From positions 9,726 through 73,725 of the forward strand of contig JAYZFQ010000084.1 of the NCBI GenBank assembly GCA_036336695.1: DNA of 64,000 bases, read 5' to 3'. The notes below the pieces were generated by a model. That model made no database searches. It saw only the letters and a list, made by a program, of their open reading frames with translations, and was not told where the DNA came from. Each line of letters begins with the position of its first letter. The stretch's first letter is position 1. Origin of the DNA: Myxococcota bacterium. GTDB lineage: Bacteria; Myxococcota_A; UBA9160; SMWR01. Below, piece after piece: positions 1 through 9,227 of this stretch. Position numbers and translations under genes: made by a program.

Positions 1-1033
1 GGAACCAAAGCGTCGTCGCGGCCTGGTCGTTTCGGTACCGGAAGAGGGCGTACCCGAGATTTCCCGGGTTGGTACCTGTGACGTCGTCGAAGAGGATGCC
101 CTTCGTTGCGAAGGGTTTGCCGATCTCGTTGTACTGGGTGTTGGAGTAGGCCGGGAGCCACCAGGACTCGGGGTACCCGTCGCTTTCCGGGTCGACGTGG
201 GAACCGTGTACGTGAGTCGTGATCGGGACGGGCCCCTCGTAGGGTTCGGGATTTCGTCCAGCGCAATCGGTGCGGTACACCCGCCGCGGCGGTCCCGGTC
301 CGCTTCGATCGGCGTAGAAGAAGCATTCCTGGCTGGGATTGGCCCAGTGCAGTGTCTGGTCGACAGGCAGGATGTGCCGCAGGTACTTGCGTCGTGCGTC
401 GCCGACGCGGTACGGCTTGCCGGTTTTCTCATTGACCTCGACGAGTTCGTTGACCCATTTCACCTGCACCGGCTTGTTGGCGATCGTCTCCATCGTGAAG
501 GCGGGGTAGTTGAACTGCGAAACCGCAAGTTCGCGCTTTCCGCAGCCGGGGAGCCCCGGCCAGATCGCGCAGTACGTTTCGAAGCGCCGACTGGGCTTGG
601 GAACCTCCGTGCGCAGGTCGGGCGCCACGGGGGGGATCGGGTCCTCCTGGGGGCCGTAGCTCCACACGGTGGTCGAGGGGTAGCCCCGGTTGCCGTCCAG
701 CCACGTCATTGCCGAGCAGTCGGCGCCCAGGTCGCACCACTGCCCGCCGGGCAGGATCTGTTGCTCGAACTCGCGGACCGCGATGTCGTAGCGGTTCGGC
801 CCCTCGGCGTTGTGACGCATCACCCCGGGAAACACCAGGCTGACCTGGTACTTGGGGATCTGGAATGGGTTGAGTACCGACAACGCGCCGCCCGTTCGGC
901 GGTCGATCTGCTTTGCCGTGGAGATCATGGGTTGGGCGTCGCTGGAACTGGGCTTCAGCACCAGTCCCGCGACGGCAGCCATGGCGACGAGGCCAATTAC
1001 GCCCCAGGTCGCCCGTCCAAAGAACTTCCGCAT
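1..1033 (-). CDS. Multicopper oxidase (CotA/bilirubin oxidase-like), N-terminal part; runs off the window edge
   Basis: Absent from the ORF track (no stop in window). Manual translation from ATG 1033 (GGAGG RBS at 1040-1044): MRKFFGRATW...signal peptide...IPKYQ...TTVWSYGP...FNYPAFT...VKWVNEL...LPVDQTLHWANP...PVPITTHVHGSHVDPESDGYPESWW...YRNDQAATTLWF. Has the HxH copper motif; the WF(HDH) motif starts at the edge. Confidence 0.9.
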   Translation of the reverse strand, partial: MRKFFGRATWGVIGLVAMAAVAGLVLKPSSSDAQPMISTAKQIDRRTGGALSVLNPFQIPKYQVSLVFPGVMRHNAEGPNRYDIAVREFEQQILPGGQWCDLGADCSAMTWLDGNRGYPSTTVWSYGPQEDPIPPVAPDLRTEVPKPSRRFETYCAIWPGLPGCGKRELAVSQFNYPAFTMETIANKPVQVKWVNELVEVNEKTGKPYRVGDARRKYLRHILPVDQTLHWANPSQECFFYADRSGPGPPRRVYRTDCAGRNPEPYEGPVPITTHVHGSHVDPESDGYPESWWLPAYSNTQYNEIGKPFATKGILFDDVTGTNPGNLGYALFRYRNDQAATTLWF

Positions 1034-1128
1034 GGAGAGCCTCCGCTTGGACACGTGCTATTCAGCAGCAATTATGTTCGATTGTCTTATTAAATATGGA
1101 GGGAAATCAACTCGAATCCCCCTCGCTT

Positions 1129-1150
1129 AACCTCAGAAGTGAGGTTTTTT
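1129..1150 (+). terminator. Intrinsic-terminator-like hairpin
   Basis: AACCTCA-GAAG-TGAGGTT followed by TTTT. It lies in a divergent intergenic region, so it could instead be an operator. Confidence 0.4.
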
Positions 1151-1434
1151 GACTACGATCCCCCCTCCAGCAGGTGCCGAGGCCCGATCGGCGGCGCCAC
1201 GGGCGCCCCCGGAGCCTTCATTGGGATGGGTGAGAGGCTTCTCCCTTGCCCATTTGAGCGATGAGGTTCTCGGCGGCCCGGCCCAGTCTGCGCCCCCATG
1301 TGCGAGTTGCTTCCCCGAGTGGAGTTGCCGCTGGCTTGCCGGTGGCAAGCCATTGCGTTCTGGCACCAACCCTCCAGTGACACGCGCCCCCGGGCCGCGT
1401 TAGCGGGTTGCCGCGTGCGGTTTCGTGACACCGC

Positions 1435-1461
1435 GCACTTCGACCGAGAAGCGGGCTCGAA
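1435..1461 (+). promoter_or_regulatory. Putative ECF (sigmaE-like) promoter of the GH16 gene
   Basis: GCACTT-N16-TCGAA, about 80 nt upstream of ATG 1542; a similar element lies at 32885-32912. Confidence 0.35.
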
Positions 1462-1541
1462 ATACTTCCGGGAGGGGATGGTCGAACGGCTGGGCGTTCG
1501 GGGCGTCGTTTTCAAGTCAACGACAGCGGGAGGATCTGCAG

Positions 1542-4500
1542 ATGGGGAGCGCCGGAATCGATTGTCTGAGCCAGGTCCCGACTTCCGAACCGCAGGCGCG
1601 TGCGCCCCGGAGTGCCGGCGCCCTGGTGGCGGGACTGTTGCTCGTGGTCTTGCTCCAGGTGGGTTGTAGTGACATTCCCGGCTTGTGCGCCCAGACCGGC
1701 GGGTGTGTCGTTTTGCCGCTTCCGGCGCGCTTCGAGCGCGACGTTCCGGTTCCGGGTGGGACGGTGCGGGTCGGGCTGGTGGAGGTCGAGGGCGGCATTG
1801 CGCGGTTTTTCGTCGTGGGAGCGCCATGGGCGGACCTGGAGGTGGAGAGCGACACGATTTCACGCCTCACCCGCATGCTCCACGCGGGTGGCCACAACGA
1901 ATACCCGGTCCACGGCTTGACACCCGGCGATGCGATCGATTTCCGCTTTCGCGTCGGGACCGGAATCTCTCCCGGGCAGGTCTGGAGTGACTGGTTCCAG
2001 CATGTCTACGTCGGTCGCAACGCCGAGCCCGCCACCGGATCCACACCGCGCGTTCGCCCCCTGGCCGGCGGGCGGTTGTCGTTCGAAGTCGACGACGTTC
2101 CCTGGGCGGAGCTGCACCGCGAAGAGGCGGGTGTCGTTCGCGGGCGGCGCCTCGGCGTTGACGGGAACCGTCACGCGCTGACCCTGGACGGTCTCGTGAA
2201 CGGGGAACTCGTCGTCTACCGCTGGGTGATTGGCATCGACCAGGTCCCGGGTCAGTACGACACCGACTGGACCACTCTCGTCTACGAGGATCCCTCCGTG
2301 GCAACCGCGCCGGCTCCCGCCGCCGGCAGCGAACCGCCGCAGCCCGCGGAAGCGGACGAATGGATTCTGGTGTGGGGGGATGAATTCGATTCCCCCGCTG
2401 GTGAGTCGCCGGATGCATCGCGCTGGGTGTTCGACCTCGGCGGGTCGGGCTGGGGCAACGCGGAGCGCCAGTACTACACCGACCGACCGGAAAACGCGTC
2501 GATGGACGGAGAGGGACACCTCGTCATCGCGGCCCGAGAGGAATCGCTGCCTGGAACGTCGTGCTGGTACGGAACGTGCCGCTACAGCTCCGCCCGCTTG
2601 AAGACCCAGGGGCGCTTCGAACAGCAGTACGGGCGAATCGAGATGCGGGCCCAGCTTCCGTTCGGCCCAGGACTCTGGCCGGCGTTCTGGATGCTCGGTG
2701 CGGAACTCGGCTCGGTGGGCTGGCCCGCCGCCGGGGAGATCGACGTCATGGAGAACATCGGTCGCGAGCCGTCCGAGGTCCACGGGACGGTGCACGGGCC
2801 GGGCTATTCCGGGGCAGGGGGAATCGGTTCCGGGTTTCGCCTTCCCGAAGGAGAACGGTTTGCCGATGCCTTCCATACGTTTGCGATCGAATGGGCTCCC
2901 GAATCGGTCCGGTGGTTCGTCGATGGCCACCTCTACCAGACCCTGACGCCCGCGAACCTCCCCCCCGACGCGCCGTGGGTCTTCGACCAGCCCTTCTTCC
3001 TGCTTCTCAACGTCGCCGTGGGTGGTTATTGGCCGGGTGATCCCGACGCGACCACGGCGTTTCCCCAGCATCTGCGGGTCGATTACGTGCGGGTCTTCGA
3101 GCGGCAAGAGTCTCCCTCCGGCACCACCCGGGAGGGATCCCGGCGCATCGAAGCCGAGGATTTCGACGCCCAGTGGGGTGTGCTCACCGAACGCGTCTCG
3201 AGTGCGAGCGGGGGAGCGAACATCGGCTGGGTCGCCCGGGGAGACTGGAGCGTCTACCGAGACGTCGACTTCGGGAACCGGGAGGTCGAATCGGCCGCCC
3301 TGCGGGTGGCCTCGGGGGCAGGCGTTTCCGGGGAAGTCGCGGTTCGGCTCGATTCCGTGTCGGGCCCGCGGCTCGCGGTCTTTCCCCTCGAGGATACGGG
3401 GGGCTGGGAGGACTGGGTCCGCCTGGAGCGCCCGTTGGAGACGCTTCCTGACGGCCGGCGCGATGTCTATCTCGTGTTCGACAGTGCGGCAGGCCGTCGA
3501 GAACTCGGGAACGTCGATTGGCTCGAGTTTGGCCTGGCCCCGATCGCCGAACCCGTGTCTCCGGAAGGGGTTGTGCCGCCCGCCGCCCCGGCGGCCATAC
3601 CCGAGACCGGCTCGGAAGCTCCCTCGGACCCGTCCGGTGCGAGCGAGCAGCCCGTGGCCTCTCCGCCCGCGACCCAGGCCCCCGGGCCCGTAGCCTCCGC
3701 GAAGCTGGAGGAGACCCAGCGCAGTCTCTACCTCCTCTCGGGCGCTAGTTCCGCGGGGGTCGGCGTGCTTTCGCCGGCCCCGGGTTCGGCGGGTTCGTTC
3801 GACCGGATTCCCGGGGACGGGTCCCCGATTGCCTGGGAGGCCCGGGACCTGGTTGCGCCCTACGTCCCCAGGCTTGGGGGTACCCGCCTCGAACTGTGGT
3901 TGGACGGTGTCCAGACGCCCGGCATCTATGCCCAGGCGCGGGTGCTCTACGACTTCGAAGGCGACGGCACGCCCGATCGGGTCGAGACCTTCGTCGCGGC
4001 TCCCGCGCACGACCACGTCGGTCTCGACCTCTACGACTCGGAAGCGTTTCCGCTGGTCGCGGAGCAAGGTGTCTTCGCAGACCTGGACGGGGGGACGGTG
4101 CGGCTGGAGTTGCGCGACCCGCATTTCCTCGACGGCCCGGAGGTGCGCGTCGGCGCCTCGCTTCGCGAGCACCAGGTGTCCAAGGTGGATGTCCCCTTCG
4201 AGCTGAACGTCGCGGAATTCACGGCCGTCTCCGTGACGCCGGAAGCCAACGCGTTCCACCCCGCGATCGTCTGCGCCGGTCCGGCAGTCGACCCGCGCTG
4301 TGGGCCGGCGTTCGATCCGGGCCGGGCCCTGACCGAACGCGAACTCGAGGCGGCGCTCGAAAATGGCCTGGAAGCCTTCCGCCTCGCCGGCGCACACGGA
4401 GCCTGCGCCGCGTGCCACAGCCCGGATGCTTTCGACCTCGCTGTGATCGGCTACAGCGACGCGGACATCCGGCGGCGGGCGTTGGAACACGTTTCCCAAA

Positions 4501-5921
4501 CCCGCGCAGAGGAGATCGTGCAGCTGGTCCATGCCCAGCGGCAGCAGCACGACCTTCGCGAAGTTCTTCACCCCGCGGAATTCCGACCGCTCCAGCCCGG
4601 GTTCGTACCGCTTCCGGGTTTGCGGCCCGCGGACCGGGACCTGGCGTTTCTTCAGCACCTGCGCGACGAGGTCGGTCTGTTGCTCGTGACGGATGTCATC
4701 GACTCGCGCGAGAAGGCCGAAGCTGCGGAAGAACAACTTCGGGGCATCGATCTCGGCGAACTCCGCATCGGGGTCCGGCTCGACCGTTGGTCCGAAGACG
4801 CATTCCACGGACCGAGTCACACGGGACAGGACCTGACGGATCCCAGCGGGACCCGCGGACACGCGGCCAGCGTGGCCGAGTGGCTGCCGAACCTGGGTGT
4901 CGCGCCCCAGTCGGAGCACGCAGACGCGTACTACGCGCTCTTCGATGCCTACGCGGCGGACCCTTCGGACCTCAACTTCTGGCGCTTCTACGCTGCGATC
5001 CGGGAGCTCACCGAGAGCGAAGAGCGGCTGGACGGGGAGGCGGAAAGGCGCGCCTACGAGTGGATGCTCACCAAGTACGAGTCGGTTCAGATCATGTCGC
5101 ACATGCTCCGGAAGCGTACGCGCGATTACCCGGACCGGGTCGTGGACCGGTTCGGTCATGACGAGATCGCCGACGTGGAGATTGCGATCCGCCGGAACCC
5201 CTTCTGGCGGGTGGGCGACCTGATCCGCCAGCGCCCGCTCCACTGCAATCACCCCGATGGTTGCACCGTGTTCCCGGATTTCGTGCCGGTGGAAGCCGAT
5301 CTCTGGAAGCAGGAGGTGCAGTCGCGGGTTCTCCAGCGCGCCTGGTTCTGGGCGGGGTGGGTCACCGACCCGGCGCTCCTCACGTCGGACGACTCCTTCC
5401 CGACGATTTCGGGCGACTACTTCTACCCGCTTCACCACGGGCCCTTCCCGGGGCACTACGCGTTCATCCTGGCGAAGCTGTCCACGGAAAAGGCGAACGC
5501 GACCGGCTGGGAGGTCTCCGGCGGTGCCGGAACGGCGGGACACGGAAAATGGGCGAGCATTCGGCCCTTCCTTGTCTACAAGCACAGCGAGTTCCAGAGG
5601 CCGCAGCTTTCCGAGGCCGACCCGCGGCACGCGCTCTACTACCGCTTGATGGCCAACGTCGCGCGCATGTGGATCTACCTGGTGGATGCCGACCTGGAGG
5701 CGACGGGAGAGGCCTTCGATCGTGCCGGCACGGCCAAGGCGGTGAACTTCGCCCGCTTGAACTGGCTCGACAGTGTCGAGCCCGGCGGCCCGAGAGCCGA
5801 GATCTACGGCGTGTTCGACGCCATCGTCGAGAAGCTGAGAACGGCGAAAGAACTCCGCCAGCAGCACCACACGTACGACCTCTACGATTATCTTCCCGTG
5901 GCCGACGTCGATGTGGACTAG
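1542..5921 (+). CDS. Multidomain lipoprotein: 2x CBM56-like, GH16 beta-1,3-glucanase, CBM6, accessory module, C-terminal CxxCH heme-c domain
   Basis: GGGAGG RBS before ATG 1542; lipobox-like LLQVGC; GH16 motifs WGDEFD, WGNAERQYY, WPAFWMLG, catalytic GEIDVME (2736-2753); CBM6 RIEAEDFD...NIGW...VDFG; CAACH at 4404-4418. Confidence 0.85.
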   Translation: MGSAGIDCLSQVPTSEPQARAPRSAGALVAGLLLVVLLQVGCSDIPGLCAQTGGCVVLPLPARFERDVPVPGGTVRVGLVEVEGGIARFFVVGAPWADLEVESDTISRLTRMLHAGGHNEYPVHGLTPGDAIDFRFRVGTGISPGQVWSDWFQHVYVGRNAEPATGSTPRVRPLAGGRLSFEVDDVPWAELHREEAGVVRGRRLGVDGNRHALTLDGLVNGELVVYRWVIGIDQVPGQYDTDWTTLVYEDPSVATAPAPAAGSEPPQPAEADEWILVWGDEFDSPAGESPDASRWVFDLGGSGWGNAERQYYTDRPENASMDGEGHLVIAAREESLPGTSCWYGTCRYSSARLKTQGRFEQQYGRIEMRAQLPFGPGLWPAFWMLGAELGSVGWPAAGEIDVMENIGREPSEVHGTVHGPGYSGAGGIGSGFRLPEGERFADAFHTFAIEWAPESVRWFVDGHLYQTLTPANLPPDAPWVFDQPFFLLLNVAVGGYWPGDPDATTAFPQHLRVDYVRVFERQESPSGTTREGSRRIEAEDFDAQWGVLTERVSSASGGANIGWVARGDWSVYRDVDFGNREVESAALRVASGAGVSGEVAVRLDSVSGPRLAVFPLEDTGGWEDWVRLERPLETLPDGRRDVYLVFDSAAGRRELGNVDWLEFGLAPIAEPVSPEGVVPPAAPAAIPETGSEAPSDPSGASEQPVASPPATQAPGPVASAKLEETQRSLYLLSGASSAGVGVLSPAPGSAGSFDRIPGDGSPIAWEARDLVAPYVPRLGGTRLELWLDGVQTPGIYAQARVLYDFEGDGTPDRVETFVAAPAHDHVGLDLYDSEAFPLVAEQGVFADLDGGTVRLELRDPHFLDGPEVRVGASLREHQVSKVDVPFELNVAEFTAVSVTPEANAFHPAIVCAGPAVDPRCGPAFDPGRALTERELEAALENGLEAFRLAGAHGACAACHSPDAFDLAVIGYSDADIRRRALEHVSQTRAEEIVQLVHAQRQQHDLREVLHPAEFRPLQPGFVPLPGLRPADRDLAFLQHLRDEVGLLLVTDVIDSREKAEAAEEQLRGIDLGELRIGVRLDRWSEDAFHGPSHTGQDLTDPSGTRGHAASVAEWLPNLGVAPQSEHADAYYALFDAYAADPSDLNFWRFYAAIRELTESEERLDGEAERRAYEWMLTKYESVQIMSHMLRKRTRDYPDRVVDRFGHDEIADVEIAIRRNPFWRVGDLIRQRPLHCNHPDGCTVFPDFVPVEADLWKQEVQSRVLQRAWFWAGWVTDPALLTSDDSFPTISGDYFYPLHHGPFPGHYAFILAKLSTEKANATGWEVSGGAGTAGHGKWASIRPFLVYKHSEFQRPQLSEADPRHALYYRLMANVARMWIYLVDADLEATGEAFDRAGTAKAVNFARLNWLDSVEPGGPRAEIYGVFDAIVEKLRTAKELRQQHHTYDLYDYLPVADVDVD

Positions 5922-5927
5922 TCGCTG

Positions 5928-7100
5928 CTAGGGAGAGACGCCATAGGCGCGGAGCACGTTCGCGCCGAGGAAGTCCGCACGGACGGGTTCGGGCAGCTCC
6001 TGGACGAGGCGCGCGAGTTCGGGAACGTACTCGGGCGGGTGGTCGGGGTGAGGAAAGTCGGACGCCCAGAAGAAACGGTCCGACCCGACGAGGGGAATGA
6101 TCGGGGCGAGCGCTGTTTCGTCCGGATCCCCCGAAATCCAGCACTGGCGTCGAAAGTAGAAACTCGGCTTCTCGGGGAGGACCTGCCGGGCCGGGATTCC
6201 CTGGGGTGAGGTGTAGACCGTGTCCATGCGGTCGAGCCAGTAACCCACCCAGCCGGCTCCCGATTCGAGTACAGCAACGCGAAGCTGGGGAAACTTTTCG
6301 AAGACGCCGTATTGAAAGAGCGACGTGAATGCATGACGCACGGCGTCTGCCGAGGTCACGTTGAGAAAGAACGAATAGCGGCCGCTCGTGTATTCGCCGA
6401 AGCGTCCTGGTGCGGTCCATTTCGGCTCGAGAGAAGGGTGGATGCCGAGGGGGAGGCCGCAGTCCTGGGCAGCTGCAAAGACCCGGTCATGGGCCGGGTC
6501 TCCCAGGGGCTTTCGGCTCCACTGGAACGGGGGGACGAACACGCCCTTGACCCCGTCGCGGGCGGCTCGTTGCACTTCTCGTTCTGCGGCCTCGGGGTCT
6601 CCCAGCGACAACTGCGCCACGGGGAACAAGCGTTCGTCGGAGTCCGAGCAGAAGTCCACGATCCAGCGGTTGTAGGCGCGGAGCACGGCCTGGGTGAGCG
6701 GCTCGTCTTCGCACTCGGCGATCCAGAAGAGCGTCAACGTGGGGTAGAGAAACGCCCGCGCAATGTTTTCCATGTCGAGCCGCTGGAGCCGCTCCCGGGG
6801 ATCCATCGCGCCCAGCGGTGCCTCGTCGACGTATTTCAGGCCTGTCGTGTGCTTGCGCTCGTAGACGTACCCGGCCACGCGGTCCATGGCGCCGAGACCG
6901 GCGGGCATGCCGCGGCGCACGATCCGCGAGCTGCGTCCATCGATCTCCAGGTACTCGAGGCCCTCGTCATCGACCCGGATCCCCGGGGCCCGCTTCCGCA
7001 GCCCGGTTTCGAGGTAGTGCTCCCAGAGGTCCGGGGGCTCGAGCACGTGGCCGTCGCCGTCCACGGCGCCGGGAAAGGGGAGTTTGGGCAGGGTTTTCAT
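5928..7100 (-). CDS. Amidohydrolase family protein (amidohydro_2)
   Basis: VDGDGHVLEP metal motif, LYPT, RAYNRW, LESGAGW, WASDFPHPD. Confidence 0.9.
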   Translation of the reverse strand: MKTLPKLPFPGAVDGDGHVLEPPDLWEHYLETGLRKRAPGIRVDDEGLEYLEIDGRSSRIVRRGMPAGLGAMDRVAGYVYERKHTTGLKYVDEAPLGAMDPRERLQRLDMENIARAFLYPTLTLFWIAECEDEPLTQAVLRAYNRWIVDFCSDSDERLFPVAQLSLGDPEAAEREVQRAARDGVKGVFVPPFQWSRKPLGDPAHDRVFAAAQDCGLPLGIHPSLEPKWTAPGRFGEYTSGRYSFFLNVTSADAVRHAFTSLFQYGVFEKFPQLRVAVLESGAGWVGYWLDRMDTVYTSPQGIPARQVLPEKPSFYFRRQCWISGDPDETALAPIIPLVGSDRFFWASDFPHPDHPPEYVPELARLVQELPEPVRADFLGANVLRAYGVSP

Positions 7101-7222
7101 CGGGCCCAGAGTTTCGCCGAGCCGCCCCCGGAGCGCATCGGGCCGACGCGAGAAACTTGCAGTCGCTCGACGCGGGAAACCCTGGCAGAATCTTGCGAGT
7201 TCCAAGCTTGGAGGATCTTCCC

Positions 7223-8176
7223 ATGGGTGAACCGTACGCGCTGGCGCCCGAATTCGTTTCGCAGCCCAAGATCACCATGCCGTCGAACCGGTTGCTTTTG
7301 CGTGGCATCAATCTGCTGGTCCGCCTGCAGCGCCGCGGCTTTGCCTGGAGCGACGACGTGGCGGTGCACACGCATCGGGTTCCCGGCGCCGACGGAAATA
7401 CGGTCCCGGTCTTCGAGATCGCGCCGAAGGATCTATCGGGCACCGCGCCGGCGCTCGTGGATTTTCACGGCGGCGGGTTCTTCTTCACCTACGCGGGGCT
7501 TCACCTGACTGCTGCGGCGCGGTACGCGGTCGAAGGCCGCTGCCGCGTCTTCTTTCCCGACTACCGGCTGTCGACCCGGAACCCGTTCCCCGCGCCTTTC
7601 GACGATTGTTATGCCACGTTGACCTGGATACACGCGAACGCCGATCGCCTGGGTGTGGATCCCCAGCGGGTCGGGTTGATCGGTGACAGCGCCGGGGGGG
7701 CCCTCGCTGCCGGTGTGGCCCAGAAGGCGTTGGACCGCAACGAAAATCCCATCTGTGCCCAGATCCTCATCTACCCCGTGACCGATCACGAGACGAAGAC
7801 CGAATCCGCACGCAAGTTCACGGACACCCCGTTCTGGAAGACGGCATCGAACCGCGTGATGTGGTCCGTCTATCTCCGGGGCAGCGAACACCTGGCGAGC
7901 GGCGGGCGCGTACCGGTACCGGCGTACGCGGCGCCGCTGCACCGCGAGGACTTCGCCGGCCTCCCGCCTGCCTGGATCGAGGTGGCGGAATTCGATCCGT
8001 TGCGAGACGAAGGTCGGGACTACGCCGCCGCGCTCGAAGCCTCGGGCGTCCCTGTTGCCCTGCACGAGGTGAAGGGCGGCATTCACGGCTATGACCTCGT
8101 CGCCGACAGCCCCACGGCCGAAGCCATCTTCGGAGAGCGCTTGGCCGCGATCCGGCGTTTCTTCGCCGGGTCATGA
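7223..8176 (+). CDS. Alpha/beta hydrolase, HSL-family esterase/lipase
   Basis: HGGGF oxyanion motif, GDSAGG nucleophile, EFDPLRDEG, HGY; GGAGG RBS. Confidence 0.92.
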   Translation: MGEPYALAPEFVSQPKITMPSNRLLLRGINLLVRLQRRGFAWSDDVAVHTHRVPGADGNTVPVFEIAPKDLSGTAPALVDFHGGGFFFTYAGLHLTAAARYAVEGRCRVFFPDYRLSTRNPFPAPFDDCYATLTWIHANADRLGVDPQRVGLIGDSAGGALAAGVAQKALDRNENPICAQILIYPVTDHETKTESARKFTDTPFWKTASNRVMWSVYLRGSEHLASGGRVPVPAYAAPLHREDFAGLPPAWIEVAEFDPLRDEGRDYAAALEASGVPVALHEVKGGIHGYDLVADSPTAEAIFGERLAAIRRFFAGS

Positions 8177-8535
8177 ACATGGAACCGGTCTTTTTCCTCG
8201 ATCGGATCGTGCTCCGACCGGGGAAGCTGCGCGCGTTTCGGGACAAGCTCGCTGGGGAATACGTTCCGGCAGCCCACGCCCGCGGCCTGCGCCTCGTCGA
8301 TGCGTGGTTGACGCCGCCCCTCGAACTGCACGACGACGGCAACGAACTCGTGCTCCTGTGGTCGCTGGCGGATGTCGGAGCGTTCTGGGAGATGCGCCGT
8401 TTGCAGGGCGAGGATCCGGAGGGTGCGCGCTGGTGGGGCGGCCTGGACGAGTGGGTGGTGTCCCGGAGTCGCCAGGTGCTGAAGCGGGACGGGCTCGTGG
8501 CGCCCGAAGCCGCCGGGAGCGCGAATCCGGCGTGA
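8173..8535 (+). CDS. Small NIPSNAP-like dimeric alpha/beta barrel protein
   Basis: IVLRPGKL...YVPAA..RGLRLVDAW...ELVLLWSL pattern; ATGA overlap with the esterase stop. Confidence 0.6.
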   Translation: MNMEPVFFLDRIVLRPGKLRAFRDKLAGEYVPAAHARGLRLVDAWLTPPLELHDDGNELVLLWSLADVGAFWEMRRLQGEDPEGARWWGGLDEWVVSRSRQVLKRDGLVAPEAAGSANPA

Positions 8536-9206
8536 TCCGACAGGTGGCGTTGTTGACTCTCCGCGCGGGCTGCACGCCGGCCCGGCTCCGGGCGTTCGAG
8601 GCCGCCCTGGACGCTGCCGACCGGGAACTCGGCGCCGTTTCGCACAGTCAGCTCGGTCGCCATCTCGCGGGGTCGCTGTGTGGGGACTACACGTGGGATG
8701 TTCGGTTCGCAGGCGCGAACCCTCCGACCCTCGAAGCGCTGCTTGCGTCGGCTCCCCTTGCGGGGTGGTTCGATCCCCAGAGCGCGGACTGCGTCGTGGC
8801 CGATACCGACGCGGTGCGTTTTGCTCCCCAGGGGAGGGAAATCCAGGCACCCGCCCTGGCGAAGGGAATCAAGCGGACCTTGTTGCTGCGGGTTGCGCCG
8901 ACCACGCCCCCCGAGATCTGCGAACGCTTCGAGCGCGACATCCAGCGCATGCCGGGCTATGTCGCCGAGATCCGGAACTGGGCCTTCAGCCGCACCGATT
9001 CGGCGCTCCACGCCACGGACTGGACCCACGTCTGGGAACAGGAGTACGACGCACTGGACGGTCTGCAGGGTGCCTACATGCTCAGCCCGTTTCACTGGGG
9101 CTACATCGACGGCTGGTTCGACCCGGAGTTTCCCCAGCGCGTCGTCGAGGATCGGTTTGCCCATGTCTTCTGCGGCACGCCTTCCAGCGTGCTTGCCTGG
9201 GAATGA
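8532..9206 (+). CDS. Dabb (stress-responsive A/B barrel) family protein, two barrels
   Basis: GTGA overlap; IRQVALLTLR and IKRTLLLRV repeats; WTHVWEQEY..LDGLQGAYMLSPFHWG. Confidence 0.7.
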   Translation: MIRQVALLTLRAGCTPARLRAFEAALDAADRELGAVSHSQLGRHLAGSLCGDYTWDVRFAGANPPTLEALLASAPLAGWFDPQSADCVVADTDAVRFAPQGREIQAPALAKGIKRTLLLRVAPTTPPEICERFERDIQRMPGYVAEIRNWAFSRTDSALHATDWTHVWEQEYDALDGLQGAYMLSPFHWGYIDGWFDPEFPQRVVEDRFAHVFCGTPSSVLAWE

Positions 9207-9227
9207 AGCGTTTTCGCGAGGAGACCC

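Noticed and set aside
1860-5870. 1336-aa antisense ORF and other long shadow ORFs (e.g. 197-1093, 13318-15027, 34053-35954, 45387-47834)
   Set aside because: They lie opposite motif-bearing genes and have no motifs of their own; typical stop-poor antisense frames of high-GC DNA.
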